Assembly: GCA_000165425.1 (NCBI GenBank)
Contig: CT868049.1
Span: 124,001 to 188,000 of the forward strand
Origin: Paramecium tetraurelia
Taxonomy: Eukaryota
Direction of reading: 5' to 3'
DNA: 64,000 nt
The notes beneath the pieces were generated by a model. The model was not told where the DNA came from and made no database searches. It worked only from the letters and a program-made list of their open reading frames with translations. This document shows, piece after piece, positions 1 to 12,043 of this stretch (the first letter of the stretch is position 1; each line of letters starts with the position of its first letter). The position numbers and the translations under genes were made by a program.

Positions 1-123
1 AATAAAAGTATCCCTGCACACACAGAATCGTTGATCGAAGGAATAGATGACTTAGAAGAAAACGATTAATCAGATTAACCAAATTTGATGACTCACATAT
101 CCTAAAATTATAATGATCTATGA
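1..123 (+). CDS. 3' end of an unidentified gene (truncated by window start)
   Basis: Frame 1 is open from base 1 under the ciliate code (NKSIPAHTESLIEGIDDLEENDQSDQPNLMTHISQNYNDL) to TGA at 121-123, followed by an AT-rich spacer. Confidence 0.55.
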
Positions 124-252
124 ATGCATCATATTTTTAAATATTTTTCTATCTTAGATTATACCTCCGAAATGGGGAAGAAATATTGTGTATATTTATT
201 GTAATTAAATTGTAGTTTATTTCTTATCAAATTATTATTATTACTTATACTA

Positions 253-2308
253 ATGAAAGTTTAAGATGCTTCCGAGAAGCAAGCCAAACCAATCGATTCA
301 CGCTTAATGAATGGACCATTGTAAGATCGTCACTGCACTGATATCATATGTTGTTTGTTATTTATCGCATCGTTCATATTCATGTGGTAAGTTATTATTC
401 TTAATCTAGGTATATTGCTATAACAGGATACTCTCTTGGAAAACCAGAAAGAATATTGGCAGCTTATGATTCTGATGGTACAGTTTATCTCAATTTAGGC
501 AATGCATGTGATTTGGATTTACCAGATTATCCATTATTATACTTTCCTATCGTTCATCCTGATTACTATAACAAGACAGTCTGTGTGGAAAGATGTCCAG
601 CAAATACATCAGACGCTGTTAAATGTTAAACAAACAAAAATATCACCTCCTGTCCTAGAGATTGTACAAAAGTTTCAATTGAAACATCTACTACTTTTGA
701 TTTTACTTCCATCGATTCGATGAAGACCTACGTGGACACAATAACAAGTTCAGTTAGTAACCCAGAAAATTGGATATGTCTCTATGGAAGTGAACCTATT
801 TTTTCAAGAGCATGTTTCCCAAGCACTGCCTTAGAAATTTTGAATCAAACTTCTAATTTCAGTTCCTCAGTTGATTTGAATAGATTGACGTCTTGGTTGT
901 ATGACCTTTCTGTTGCAAAATACATCATTCTTGCATCTTTTTTTATAGCATTTGGTTTAGGGTAAGGAGTAAAATTTATAATTTTAGATTAATCTATATG
1001 GTAATTTTAAGATTTTTGGGAGGATTATTTGTATGGCTGACAATCTTGCTTTATTTTGTAGGAATTTCAGTTTTGGCAGGTTACACTTGGGATTAGCACT
1101 TATATTATTTAAAGTAAATATAATCATATATATATTTTAGTGATTCTCAATAATCAGGCTCTGCTGGTTCAACAAATGCCTCTGACAATGCCAAAGCCTT
1201 GGAATACATATTTTATATCGAAATCGCTTGGATTGCATTTTCAATTCTGGCATTTTTTTGCATTTTCAACAAAATTAGATTGGCCATAGGAGTAGTGAAG
1301 ACAGCTACTCTCTATGTGAGAGATAACTTTTCAGTTATGATTGTACCTCCAGTAATTGGAGTTTGTTTAGGAGTCTTGTGGGTTTGGTGGATTGTTTCAG
1401 TTGTGTAATGAATATAATTAATTTATAAGATACATTGTTGGTCTTGGAAACATCAAAGGAGATGGCAGTACACCTTTTGCCTCTGTGACTTTTGACAACA
1501 CAACTAGAAACATGGTGTATTACTTTATGTTTGGTGGATTATGGAAATAGGCCTTTTTGTTGGCTCTGAATCAATTCATAATTGGTTGTTCAGTGTGCAT
1601 ATGGTATTTCAATTAGGGACCAGGCTAATCCTATACTGGCAACTTATTCTAGAGTATATATTGGGCATTTCGTTATCATCTTGGATCATTGGCATTTGGT
1701 TCATTCATATTGGCAGTGGTTCAATTCATTCGATTGATGTTGGAATACGCAAAATATCAAGCAAAATAGATGGCAGGCGATAATAAATGTACTAAATGCA
1801 TATTGGATTGTCTGTCTTGTTTGGTGGCTTGTTTTGAACGATTTATTGAATTCCTCAATAAAAATGCTTACATTCAAATTGCATTGACTAGCAAGAGTTT
1901 CTGTCCAGCTGCTAAAGATGCTTTTGAATCAATATGGGCTAATACCATGAGATACAGTCTAGTTTCTGGTATTGGTTCTATTTTCACATTCGTAATTCTT
2001 TATTTATATTCAAATAGATTGGTAAATTATTTGTTGGCTTTGCTACAGTTCTGTTCTCATATGAAATCTTTATCAATGTGGAACCGTATAAAACAGATCT
2101 GGCATCTCCAATTGTACCATCAATAGTGTGCTTTATTATTGCTTATATGGTGGCTATTCTGTTCATGAGTATCTATTAAATGGCATGTGATGCTGTGTTG
2201 ACTTGTTTCATTTACGACGAAGAATTGAATAAGTAGAATGGAGGGATGTCAGCATAACATTGTCCAGAGACGTTAAGAGAATGGTTTGATAGCACTTAAT
2301 CATCATGA
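253..2308 (+). CDS. Choline transporter-like (CTL/SLC44) membrane protein
   Basis: MKVQDASEK...NGPLQDRHCTDIICCLLF (CTL N-terminal motif), Cys-rich ectodomain, RYHLGSLAFGSFILAVVQFIR, CLSCLVACFERFIEFLNKNAYIQIA, SIYQMACDAVLTCFIYDEE. Several 21-28 nt GT..AG introns; TGA at 2306-2308. Confidence 0.93.
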
Positions 2309-2361
2309 TATCAAATTTTAAAAACATAATATAATTAATAGAATTACTAACCATCAAACAA

Positions 2362-2973
2362 TCATAAATTTTCTAATGCTTTATCTATTAACTTTCTCAC
2401 TTTCTTTTTATATTCATCCGGTTTGTCTCTAAATTGGATTCCAGCATCGACATTGGCAGGTGAATTGATATTAGGTTCCGATAACATTGAAACTATTGAA
2501 ATTAACACATCCTCAGGAGTCAATATGGGTCTCCATCTAAGAATATGGTAGATTAATCACCTTGTCTCTGGGGGTTCTTAATCATTAAACTCGTCCTATG
2601 CGTGCAGAATGGAAATGCAGACTCTCCCATCAGAGTAAACTATTGTCAGATGAAATAGGCTTACTATTTGGATGCCACATTTCAGTCAAGAATTTGAATG
2701 TTGGTGGAGAATTGGGATAGTCTTCTGGAAATTTCATTATCGCTTAGAAGTACCCCCCTTCATACAAAGTGTCTGATGGACCAGCAAAGCTAATGTTCCA
2801 TTGGTATAAGCTATTCGATTCCAATCCCACTGAAACTCCCTCTATAGTCTTGCTTTCCTCCAATTCTAGGTTGTGTTAATTCAATCGTTACATCTGAGTT
2901 ACTTTTTTAGCAAAGTAACTGTATAACTGGTTGAGGGAGCAGTTATCGGGTGAGATGACTATTGGGGTAACAT
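2362..2973 (-). CDS. Ubiquitin-conjugating enzyme E2, Ubc7/UBE2G/Cdc34 class
   Basis: WNISFAGPSDTLYEGGYFQAIMKFPEDYPNSPP...MWHPNIYSDGRVCISILH followed by the acidic loop AQDEFNDQEPPETRWRP and SMLSEPNINSPANVDA; 3 tiny introns. Confidence 0.95.
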
Positions 2974-3178
2974 CTGAATATAAATATTTAAAATTGATTA
3001 TTAGCTTAACTTTTTTGCTATTATTTTAGATTAATAAATTGGACTATTCGATAATAAATGAAAAAGTAATCATCAGTCTAATCTACAGTTATTTATTAAC
3101 TCTAGATTGCATATTGTGTGATTGCAAGTATATAAACAAATTTTCTTTTATAAATATATTTAATATAAATATAACACA

Positions 3179-5423
3179 ATGCAATTCTTATTGTATTCAA
3201 TATGCTTCCTATTGCTCCTCGTATAGGTTCAAACATAGGATGAGAATGAGATTAAGTGTGACTAATATTTTGTGAACATTACCACAGCCATACTCATGGG
3301 AAAAATGCCAACCAATCTGTCACCGTAAACAATTCTAAGCTCAGCAAAAGGACTTTAAGATTTAGGTTCCTATCTGGTTTGTAAGGATTCTGCGGATTTA
3401 CATTACATTCATCTCAGAATGATGAGCGAAGGAAAACCTATGCATATGGGTTTTTGTTTACCCGAATATTGCGAATAGAGTCACCTCCAAAAATATAACA
3501 CCCCAACCAAAGATCTCATCAACAATTTTACTGTACTTATCTCCATCTTAACCGTTAGATGCGTCTATATAACAAATCAATGGTCGACAGCGCTTCCTAC
3601 TAAGATCCAGATTTAATTTATCCGTCATGGACTGTAGGAACCTATTTGACTCTAGTTCTGTTGATTGTCATAGTGGCACTCAATGTTATCGGAAGCATCT
3701 TTTCGATTATAGCAGAAAACAAAAAATAAGCGTATTAAGATGACCTGAAGACAGAGATCAAGAGGAAAGCAGCCCAGAAAATAAATGAGTCCCACTAGGA
3801 TGAGAATTCATTAAAGGACTCCATATCTCAACTCTACAAGAGATCAGAATTGATTTGTAAATAAATAAATAAATTATATTTAGAAAATGAAATCATGGAG
3901 AATCAGGAATCTGCTTTCATGAGTGGCAAAGGTTAATTCGAAGAAATCAAATACAAGAAATACAAAGAACCATCTTGGGAAAGATTCGCTTTGAGTTTCT
4001 CCTTTATCCACAATTACCAAAAACTATTTAAGATTAATGAACCCAAAGGTGAGAATGCTGGATTTGTGATTTTTAATGGCATAAGATCATTGTCAATATT
4101 TTGGGTAATTTATGGTCACGATCAACTCATTCGAGGCTCCAATTCCTTCAATTTGATAGATATACCATACAAGATCACTGAAGCCGGATGGCTCACACTC
4201 ACACCAGCTGCATACTTTGCTGTCGACACCTTCTTTTTTGTGGGAGGATTCTTGGCTGCTGTTTTACTTCTGGAAAAGTTGACCAAATTGAGGTCCATCA
4301 AGTTTTCATTGGTGCCAGCAATGTGGGTACATAGATTCTTAAGAATATGGCCTACATATGCATTTTGCATTCTAGTGTATTGGCAATTGACTGTTTATTG
4401 GTCAGATGGACCTATCTGGAATGAATATATAGAGTATACCTCCACTTGCAATACTTAATGGTGGAAGAATCTATTATTCATTGACAACATGTTTTCACAT
4501 GATGCCAGTGGATTGAACTATTGTTTTGGTTGGGGTTGGTATCTATCCAACGATTTCCAGATCTTTCTTATCACTCCAATATTATTGATTATCTATGCTA
4601 AAAACAGAAAAATTGGATTAGCTCTTATTATTTCAATGCTAATCGGAAGCGTATTTTCAGCCTATTACATAGCTTATTCTCACGATTACCATTTATAAAT
4701 GGCCACTCCTAATGCTAAACCACAGCCAGACTATCAAGATGTTTTCTACTTCAAACCTTGGATCAGGATCTCTCCCTACCTCATAGGCATCCTATTTGGA
4801 TTCTTCTATTGCAATTACATTAGTGGTTAGAATTAAAAAATGGTTTAAGTGGCATAGAAAATTAAGGACAGCGTAGTTATCAGAACCCTATTCTATGTCT
4901 TCGGAATCGGGTTGACTTAAACGATCATTTGGATCATAGTCCCTCTTTAAAAGGACATGAATGCTTGGCCTCCTTAAGCCTAATATTTCTACTAAGCCTT
5001 TAACAGAGTGTTTTTTGTCATAGGTGTTGGATTGTGCATTACTCCTGCTCTTTTGGGTTGCAAAAATGATCCGTCAAGATTTATGTATACTTTGATAATA
5101 ATTTAGACTCGGACATCCCTTTTGGCAACCCATAGCCAGAATATCGTTCTGCATGTACTTGACACATTTCATAGTGATTCTGTTCATGACCTTCAGCACC
5201 ACTCAATTGGTTTATTATCAGTAATCACACATTCTCTATTTCACCCTCACTGACATTGTGTACACTATTATTATTGGGGGCCTCTTAAGTTTAGCCATTG
5301 AAGTAACGCTTTCATATAACGTAGGTGCCTTGCATGAATCTTGAGAAGATTCTGTTTGCTCCCAAGAAACAAGAAGCCGCAAAGATGAATGCCAATCAAG
5401 TAGAAAGTAGGAATGATTTATGA
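3179..5423 (+). CDS. NRF-6-like / acyltransferase-3 family O-acyltransferase
   Basis: Signal peptide MQFLLYSICFLLLLV, Cys-containing NRF-like ectodomain (DLGSYLVC...GFCLPEYC), FNGIRSLSIFWVIYGH, AVDTFFFVGGFL, HRFLRIWP, WYLSNDFQ, YFKPWIR, ARISFCMYLTH. Confidence 0.92.
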
Positions 5424-5539
5424 TTAATTGTTATATGTGTTGATATATTTAGTATATCAATCGAATTGCTCTTCCAATTCCCCTCCCCCATATACTGTTT
5501 TACATATGATTCAATACATAAATATTAAATATTTAAAAA

Positions 5540-7004
5540 ATGAAGCTTAAAAGGTTTCTTCTGAGATATTATCCTCCTGGCATAATTTTGGAGTACATTC
5601 GCAGTAATGGAGAATAAGAAACGAAATCTATTGACTTGCTAAATTTGAGCAATGAGTATAGTTTGAAGTCTAACATAATAGTACAGATGTAGATCAATTA
5701 GTTGAAGAAATAGTCATGGAAGAGCCAATCATTTCAGAGAGTCGGAAACCCTAACTCGCAGCTTTAATCAGAAGTAACACAAAATCTAAGCTTTATTAGA
5801 ATTAATAGATAAAATTGAATCAAAAAAAGAGCAATAATTTGAATTATTCAAAACTCTTAAGGCTCATATGCTGCCTCTGACAAATTGTGCATTCAATAAA
5901 AATGGAGACAAGTACTTAGTTTGAGTTGATATATAAAATAGGTTTATCACAGGTAGCTATGACAGAACATGTAAAGTGTGGGATACTTTTACAGGAGAGG
6001 AAATAGTATCTCTGGAAGGTCATAAAAATGTTGTATATTGTATTGCATTTAACAATCCGTTTGGGGTATTAAAGAAGGAGATTATATTAATAGTGATCGG
6101 GTGGTAACAGGATCATTTGATAAGACTGCAAAAATATGGGATGTTAATTCGGGCAAATGTCTCTAGACTCTAGTAGGACATAATTACGAAATAGTGTGCA
6201 CATCTTTTGATCCTCATTCTTTAATTGTGGCCACAGGATCAATGGATAAAACTGCTAGGTTGTGGGATGTAGAGAGTGGAAAGTAAATAGCAAGGCTAGA
6301 TGGACATGATGGAGAAATTGTTAGTTTGCATTTCAATCCAGATGGAGATAAATTATTGACAGGTTCATTTGATAAAACTGCAATGATCTGGGATGTTAGA
6401 TCAGGAGAGTGTATTCATATGTTGGATGAACACACAGGAGAAATATCAAGTACTTAATTCGAGTTTACAGGCGATTATTGTGCTACTGGATCTATTGATA
6501 AGTAAATTCATATATTTAATTAAATTAGGACTTGTAAAATATGGGATATCAAAACAGGTAAATGCATTGAAACCTTGAGAGGACACAAAGACGAAGTTTA
6601 AGATATCTGTTTCAACTCTACAGGTTCATCTATATACTTATTCTAGGCACTAGATTAGTGACAGTTTCAGCAGATGCTACAGGAAGAGTATACAATGTGC
6701 ACACTGGAGAATGCATTGCGTAATTACTTGGTCACAAGGGAGAAATATCCAAGGTTCAATTTAACCCCTCTGGTAACAAGATCATTACTGCCAGCGCAGA
6801 CAACACTGCCAGAATATTGTATGACTTTTAATTAATTCTTTAAATAGTTCAGAAACTGGTGAATGTTTGTAAGTACTTGAGGGACATACTGATGAAATAT
6901 TTAGTTGCTCTTTTAATTATGAAGGAGACATTATCATTACTGGGTCTAAAGATAATACATGTAAAATATGGAAAGAAGCTAATTTGCCGGTCAAAAACAA
7001 GTGA
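5540..7004 (+). CDS. DAW1: Dynein assembly factor with WD repeats (WDR69/ODA16)
   Basis: Diagnostic N-terminus [19 protein letters not shown], then [36 protein letters not shown] and multiple WD40 repeats; 7 tiny introns. Confidence 0.96.
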
Positions 7005-7128
7005 CAAATTCATTAATAATATATTTATTATTTTCATCAACTTTTATACAGTTTCAATTGATAAATTCATATGAGAATAATCAGAGAATAATTGTAATTT
7101 ATGATTTTAAATAATCATATCCCAATCC

Positions 7129-7419
7129 TCATTTTATTAGTTTTTCTAATTCTCCCTTCTAGTCTAATTTACTATATCTGTGTATCCACCAACAAACTTT
7201 ACTGAATATATATCATTGGACTAGTGCTCCATTTCAATTTAACTACGAATTCGTTCACTTCTCTTTCATGTTCCTTCTCCTTTGTGATATCCCTGTATTC
7301 ATAAGGTATGTATTTAGACTCCAAAAGCGCTTTACTTTATGACAATATGGACAATAATCACCTCAATGTATTACCACTGATTTATCTGATTTGTTCCATA
7401 GATATGGTAATAATTGTAT
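7129..7419 (-). pseudogene. Glutaredoxin (CPYC-type) pseudogene
   Basis: Reconstructed ...SVVIH*GDYCPYCHKVK/ALLESKYIPYEYRDITKE...SPMIYIQQKFVGGYTDIV/LDQKGELEKLIK*. There is an in-frame TGA at 7363-7365, two 1-nt frameshifts (~7332, ~7168) and ATA at the likely start. Confidence 0.8.
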
Positions 7420-7666
7420 TATAAATAATTATAAATAATCACTTAATTTATACTTCTAACCACCAAGATATTATTTTAACTCAACTTTTATTTTATTGAA
7501 CTAAATCTAAGTTGTTGAGCATTACCATAACTACTCCTTTATGAAGTTCAGTTCAAAAAAGTCAAATATTTGTAAGACATATTTTAAATTATTTCAATAT
7601 ATATATTTATATAAGATTTTTAAAGTTCTGAAAAACTATTGGTTTTTAATACAAATACTATTATTC

Positions 7667-8303
7667 TCAAATGAAATTCTTTAATGTAGGTCGACCTTCA
7701 TCATATTTTTGATCAAGACACTTGCTGGATTATAATGGAGTTATATATTGTCTTTGGTCTTCAATTTTTCCAAATTATTAAGGAATAGGCTGAAATTGTT
7801 AATAGGGCATCTACCATCCTTGCATATTTATTGCTTACTGGGTTTGCAATTACATCAAATATTAGTTTAAATATTGGGTTCTAAAGAATTAAATTAATAC
7901 TCTTACTGTTAAAGAAGCCTGTATGGATTCATGGACATACTAAGTTACATCATTTAAATTTATTAGTTTAGCTATAATTATAAGGATTGAAATTATAGAT
8001 CGGCTGGTAAACATTGGGCAGATTAAACTGGAGCCAACTATTCTTTTGTTTTTTTGATTTCTTGAGGTTTTTCCAGTTGGGATTCCAATCTACAAGTACT
8101 CCTTCTCTAGCGAGTCTTCTTCTTGCCTACTCTTCCTTCCCTTCTGTAAGTTTGCAAAATAGCTTTAGAGGTACTAAACTTAATTCCAAATTCTTAGGCT
8201 GCCTACTTTATTGTTGACTGTTTTGATTAGACTCGTTTTATAAAAGCCATTCGCACTGAAGGAGTGATAACGTCGTACTTTTTCTTTGGCTAACTACCAT
8301 CAT
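7667..8303 (-). CDS. Helix-turn-helix (homeodomain-like) putative DNA-binding protein with Q/M-rich C-terminus
   Basis: MVVSQRKKYDVITPSVRMAFIKRVQSKQSTIKQAAQEFGIKFSTSKAILQTYRREGRVGKKKTR matches the IKQAAxxFGIxxSTxKxI HTH pattern; one 20-nt intron; TGA at 7667-7669. Confidence 0.8.
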
Positions 8304-8495
8304 TTAATGAATCCATAATTTTAATATTGAAAATTGATGAATTTATTTAAAGATAAATACTTACATATTACATTAAATCATTATTCATAAGAGATTTATA
8401 TAATTGTATCATGTAAGCATTTTATATTAAATTAATCAATTATTTTATAATTCTCATCAATAAGATATTATTTATTATTATTATCAGGTCCAAAA

Positions 8496-9590
8496 ATGGA
8501 GCTGAAGGCTAAATGTTTAAAATTTCTTTAGCCTTCTCCTACCCTCATTTTCAAAGACATTTTATATTAAAAATTATGTCCATAAGATTAGTGGCCATAA
8601 ATTAAATTCTTGAATTAAACAATTGCGGACACCCAAATTATCAAATCTGATATAGAAATCCTAATAAGAAGTTATGAGACACAATTTTTATTAATTATTA
8701 AACTTTGTTACTTCCTTCAATTCTTGAATAAAATCAAGCTTCAATTGTTGAACTTATATAAGTAATTTACTTGGAATTCAATCCCCATCTACTATGTGGC
8801 CCCTATGAATGTCTAGAATGCAATGTTTCTGGGTAATTGGAAGTACCTTTAAAAATTTAAAAATTTATTTTATATTGTCCCTGCTTCTCTATGTCTTTCA
8901 TACTTAATAAATAAAAATAAGATTTTCAAATTTAACAAATAGAGTTGCAGTAGCCTAATAAGAATTACAGAGATTAAACAGTAAGAGTTATAAAATAAGT
9001 GTGGACTGTTAAACAGATGTAATAATTATCTAATTTATTATTCCAGCAATACCATTACAAAAACATCTAATAAACTATTAATATCCTTTACAAATTATTT
9101 TGATAGTTAAAACTAGCTTCTTTTGTTAATGGGTTTGACTCTACAACAGTCACATTGAAATTAATGACAGTATTAGAATAGTAGATTATGTTTTTGAATT
9201 AAATATTTAAGTTACTAATATACAGAAAAAAAATTAAACTCAATAAACATATATTCGAATTCTCATCGCTGCTTAAAATAATAATATTCTTATGGTTTTG
9301 TTATTTTATTTAAGATTTCTCCAATTTAAGATAAGTATTTAAGTTTTTCTTGTTGACCACTTCTTAAGACATATGCAAAAGCATGTTTTTGATAAAATTC
9401 AATTGACAACTTTTAGAACAAGGCTTTAAATAGATCTTAGTATTATTATCCCTTAGGATCAGAATGACAGAGGATTAACATTTCTTAGATAGCCTTTAGT
9501 TCTAGTTAGGATAGCCATGTATTAAAGAGGGGCTTTAGATTAGTATTGTCTGCAAAATAATTGTCGATGATTTAGATAGCTTCTTCATTT
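8496..9590 (+). other. Coding-like region with frame disruptions (unresolved gene or pseudogene)
   Basis: ATG at 8496 opens a ~51-codon frame ending in TGA. Long open stretches continue in other frames, and I found no obvious introns to join them. Confidence 0.3.
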
Positions 9591-9737
9591 GAATAAATAA
9601 AATTCATTTAATTTTAGATCAGAGCATTTTATATTTTTTTTTCTTCTATTATAAAAATATAACTATATTATATACCATCAATTGGGTAAAATCCTTTTTA
9701 TTAAATTTGGATCTACTTGATTAGTTCCTCTACAGCA

Positions 9738-10082
9738 TCATTTCTATTCTCTTCTACACGGAAGGAAGGATTATTAATTGCCCTCAACTGTTTATTGGAA
9801 TACGCTTATTAAATTAATTGCTGTAGAAAGCTGAGAGGGATGGTGACAGTTGGATCTTGGCGAGTCTACTTCAAGACAGATAATTACGATGGATTCTTCA
9901 GAAAGTTGGAAGCGTAGATTTAACTAAGGGTATTTGCGTCTTTCCTCATTACTCACAATATCGTTGTGAATGATTTTGATGGGAGCATACTTTACATGTA
10001 CATGGCCATTGCCATTGTGATGGTGATTGTTGTCGCTAGATTCCATGTTGAGTTTAGAAGGATGATAACGTTCAAAGCTCAT
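9738..10082 (-). CDS. Hypothetical protein (114 aa)
   Basis: Uninterrupted ciliate-code ORF MSFERYHPSKLNMESSDNNHHHNGNGHVHVKYAPIKII...LPCRREQK*, flanked by AT-rich spacers. Confidence 0.6.
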
Positions 10083-10206
10083 TGTTATTAGAGCAATATA
10101 TTATAAATAAATTATTATATAAATTATTATATAAAATATACACTAAAATTTCGAAGGAATTAAAGTTAATAATAATTATTATATATTTATAATTAAAATA
10201 AGTAAT

Positions 10207-11321
10207 TCATCATTATTGTTTAACATTCTTATGAGACTATGAATATCACAAAAATAGATTACCAATAGAGTTGAAGTTTTTTGCTGAAGTAAAGTCGTTG
10301 GATACTTTTGATGAATTTACTCTTTGGAATCCACCAATTATTTGAGTGTTTTATAGATATTGACAGCCTCAACTATCTTGTAATCCCCAATTCTACTATT
10401 ATTTTGGCTTCTGATGAAGGGATTCTCTTTGTTCTAATAAAACTAGGATTCGGATGGTAAATCTTACTTGTTGCGTGGTATTGGCTTTGGTTGAACTTAA
10501 ATCGTAGGTATGATTGGAAGTTTATTTTAAAATAGTTTTGACAGGCGAGGTTTTCTCACTTTCTGAGTTTCTCTTTTAAGACAACTATTTTAATGGTGGC
10601 TTTGGGATTTTACGCTCACTAGATATCACTTTTTACTATTTGACAACATTGGCATCGATATTAACTGATTTGGTTTTTGGTTTGATGATTACTTTTTCAG
10701 ATTGTGTTTTGATTTATAGAAAATCATAAGGTTTGGTTAAATCGTTAGTTTTTGGTTCTTCTCCCTTTCTTTGATTAGAATAATTGCGAATAGATTCTGC
10801 AAGTTTGGAATAAGAGTTTTCGGCTACCGAATTGATTTTATTAGATTTTTATCTATTTGTATAATAGCTCTGATTTCTATTTTAAATTGAGGTCTTCTAT
10901 TCTGACTTGGATAATTCCGTTTAATTTATTGTTTTGGTCAGAATTTTAGAGTGGGAATATTATTTTTCCAGATATTAGGGTTTGTTTCTAATGGTGTGAT
11001 ATTCATCGGTCATTTTCTGTATTTCCATGTCAATATTCCCAATATCCTTCAAGAGCGAAGTCTTAACTATTTTTTTTAATTGGATTTCTTTAGAAGTCTC
11101 CAATGGACTTTCATTTGAAGGTTTGAGTTTCTCAATTAATTTTGATTGCTCATGCTTCGATATGATATTATTTTTCTATTGTGGCTGTTTCTTTTGGACT
11201 TTTGTATATTACTCTATTAGATTTCCAATGAGCTTTTTCTTTCTCTTGATAGAATATGAAGTGGTTACCTTTCCTCGAATATGAGAGCTGCCTCATCCTC
11301 ATTCATTTTACTCAACTTCAT
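10207..11321 (-). CDS. Hypothetical low-complexity K/S/Q-rich protein (ends approximate)
   Basis: ~270-codon open frame between ~11250 and ~10470 plus candidate introns (e.g. gtaagatttaccatccgaatcctag); splice structure at the ends not resolved. Confidence 0.5.
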
Positions 11322-11388
11322 CAGTGTCACTTAAGATATATATATATTTGTTATTTTAGTTATAATAATAAATATATACCAACATCGA

Positions 11389-11914
11389 TCAAGAAGATTA
11401 AATAAACTGGCCAGATTTCCCCTCTTGATTGGATTGTTAAGTGCAATCGGTTTGAGATTCTTCCTCTGATCCAAAAAGAGACTGCTCCATTTCCTCGATG
11501 CATTCCTTCTGGCTTTTCGAACACCTCTCCTTCTCATATATCCTCCTTATTATTGCCCTCTTGTTTTATTTATTCGCATGAGAAATCTATGAATAAGTAG
11601 TCATCGCATCGTCATCCACTGTTGTTTTGTTAAGTTTCTATTGGAAGATTGAAGATATGTTCAAATCGGAATCCTTGAACACTCTGAAAATCACTCTCTC
11701 CTTTTGGGATTCCAAATACGCTTTCCCCACTGTATATTACTGCACATTCTTATTGAGTTGGTACTTCTTGTACACTACGATTAATAGTGAGGGAACACTT
11801 ACATAAACTATCAAGGAAACTGATTTTCGGCTTAAGTTCACTTAAATCCAATTAAGGGAAATGCTTTCGACTTGCCCTCCCTTTGATCTCTGTTGGGCTT
11901 ACTTCCTTACTCAT
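11389..11914 (-). CDS. Hypothetical protein
   Basis: MSKEVSPTEIKGRASRKHFPQLDLSELKPKISFLDSL / intron gtaagtgttccctcactattaatcgtag / LYKKYQLNKNV...VIFRVFKDSDLNI...GQFIQSS*. Confidence 0.7.
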
Positions 11915-12043
11915 TAATTTAAATATTGTTGTGTTCGATTTCTTGACTTCGAATTATATATATATTTTAAATATTCTACTAATTCAGATGCCAAAATTTG
12001 GTTTAATACACATGAGAATATTAAATATATATATAAATTAATT

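Noticed and set aside
7363..7365. TGA near CPYC as possible selenocysteine
   Set aside because: It is not at a redox-active position, and the locus also has two frameshifts and a lost start.
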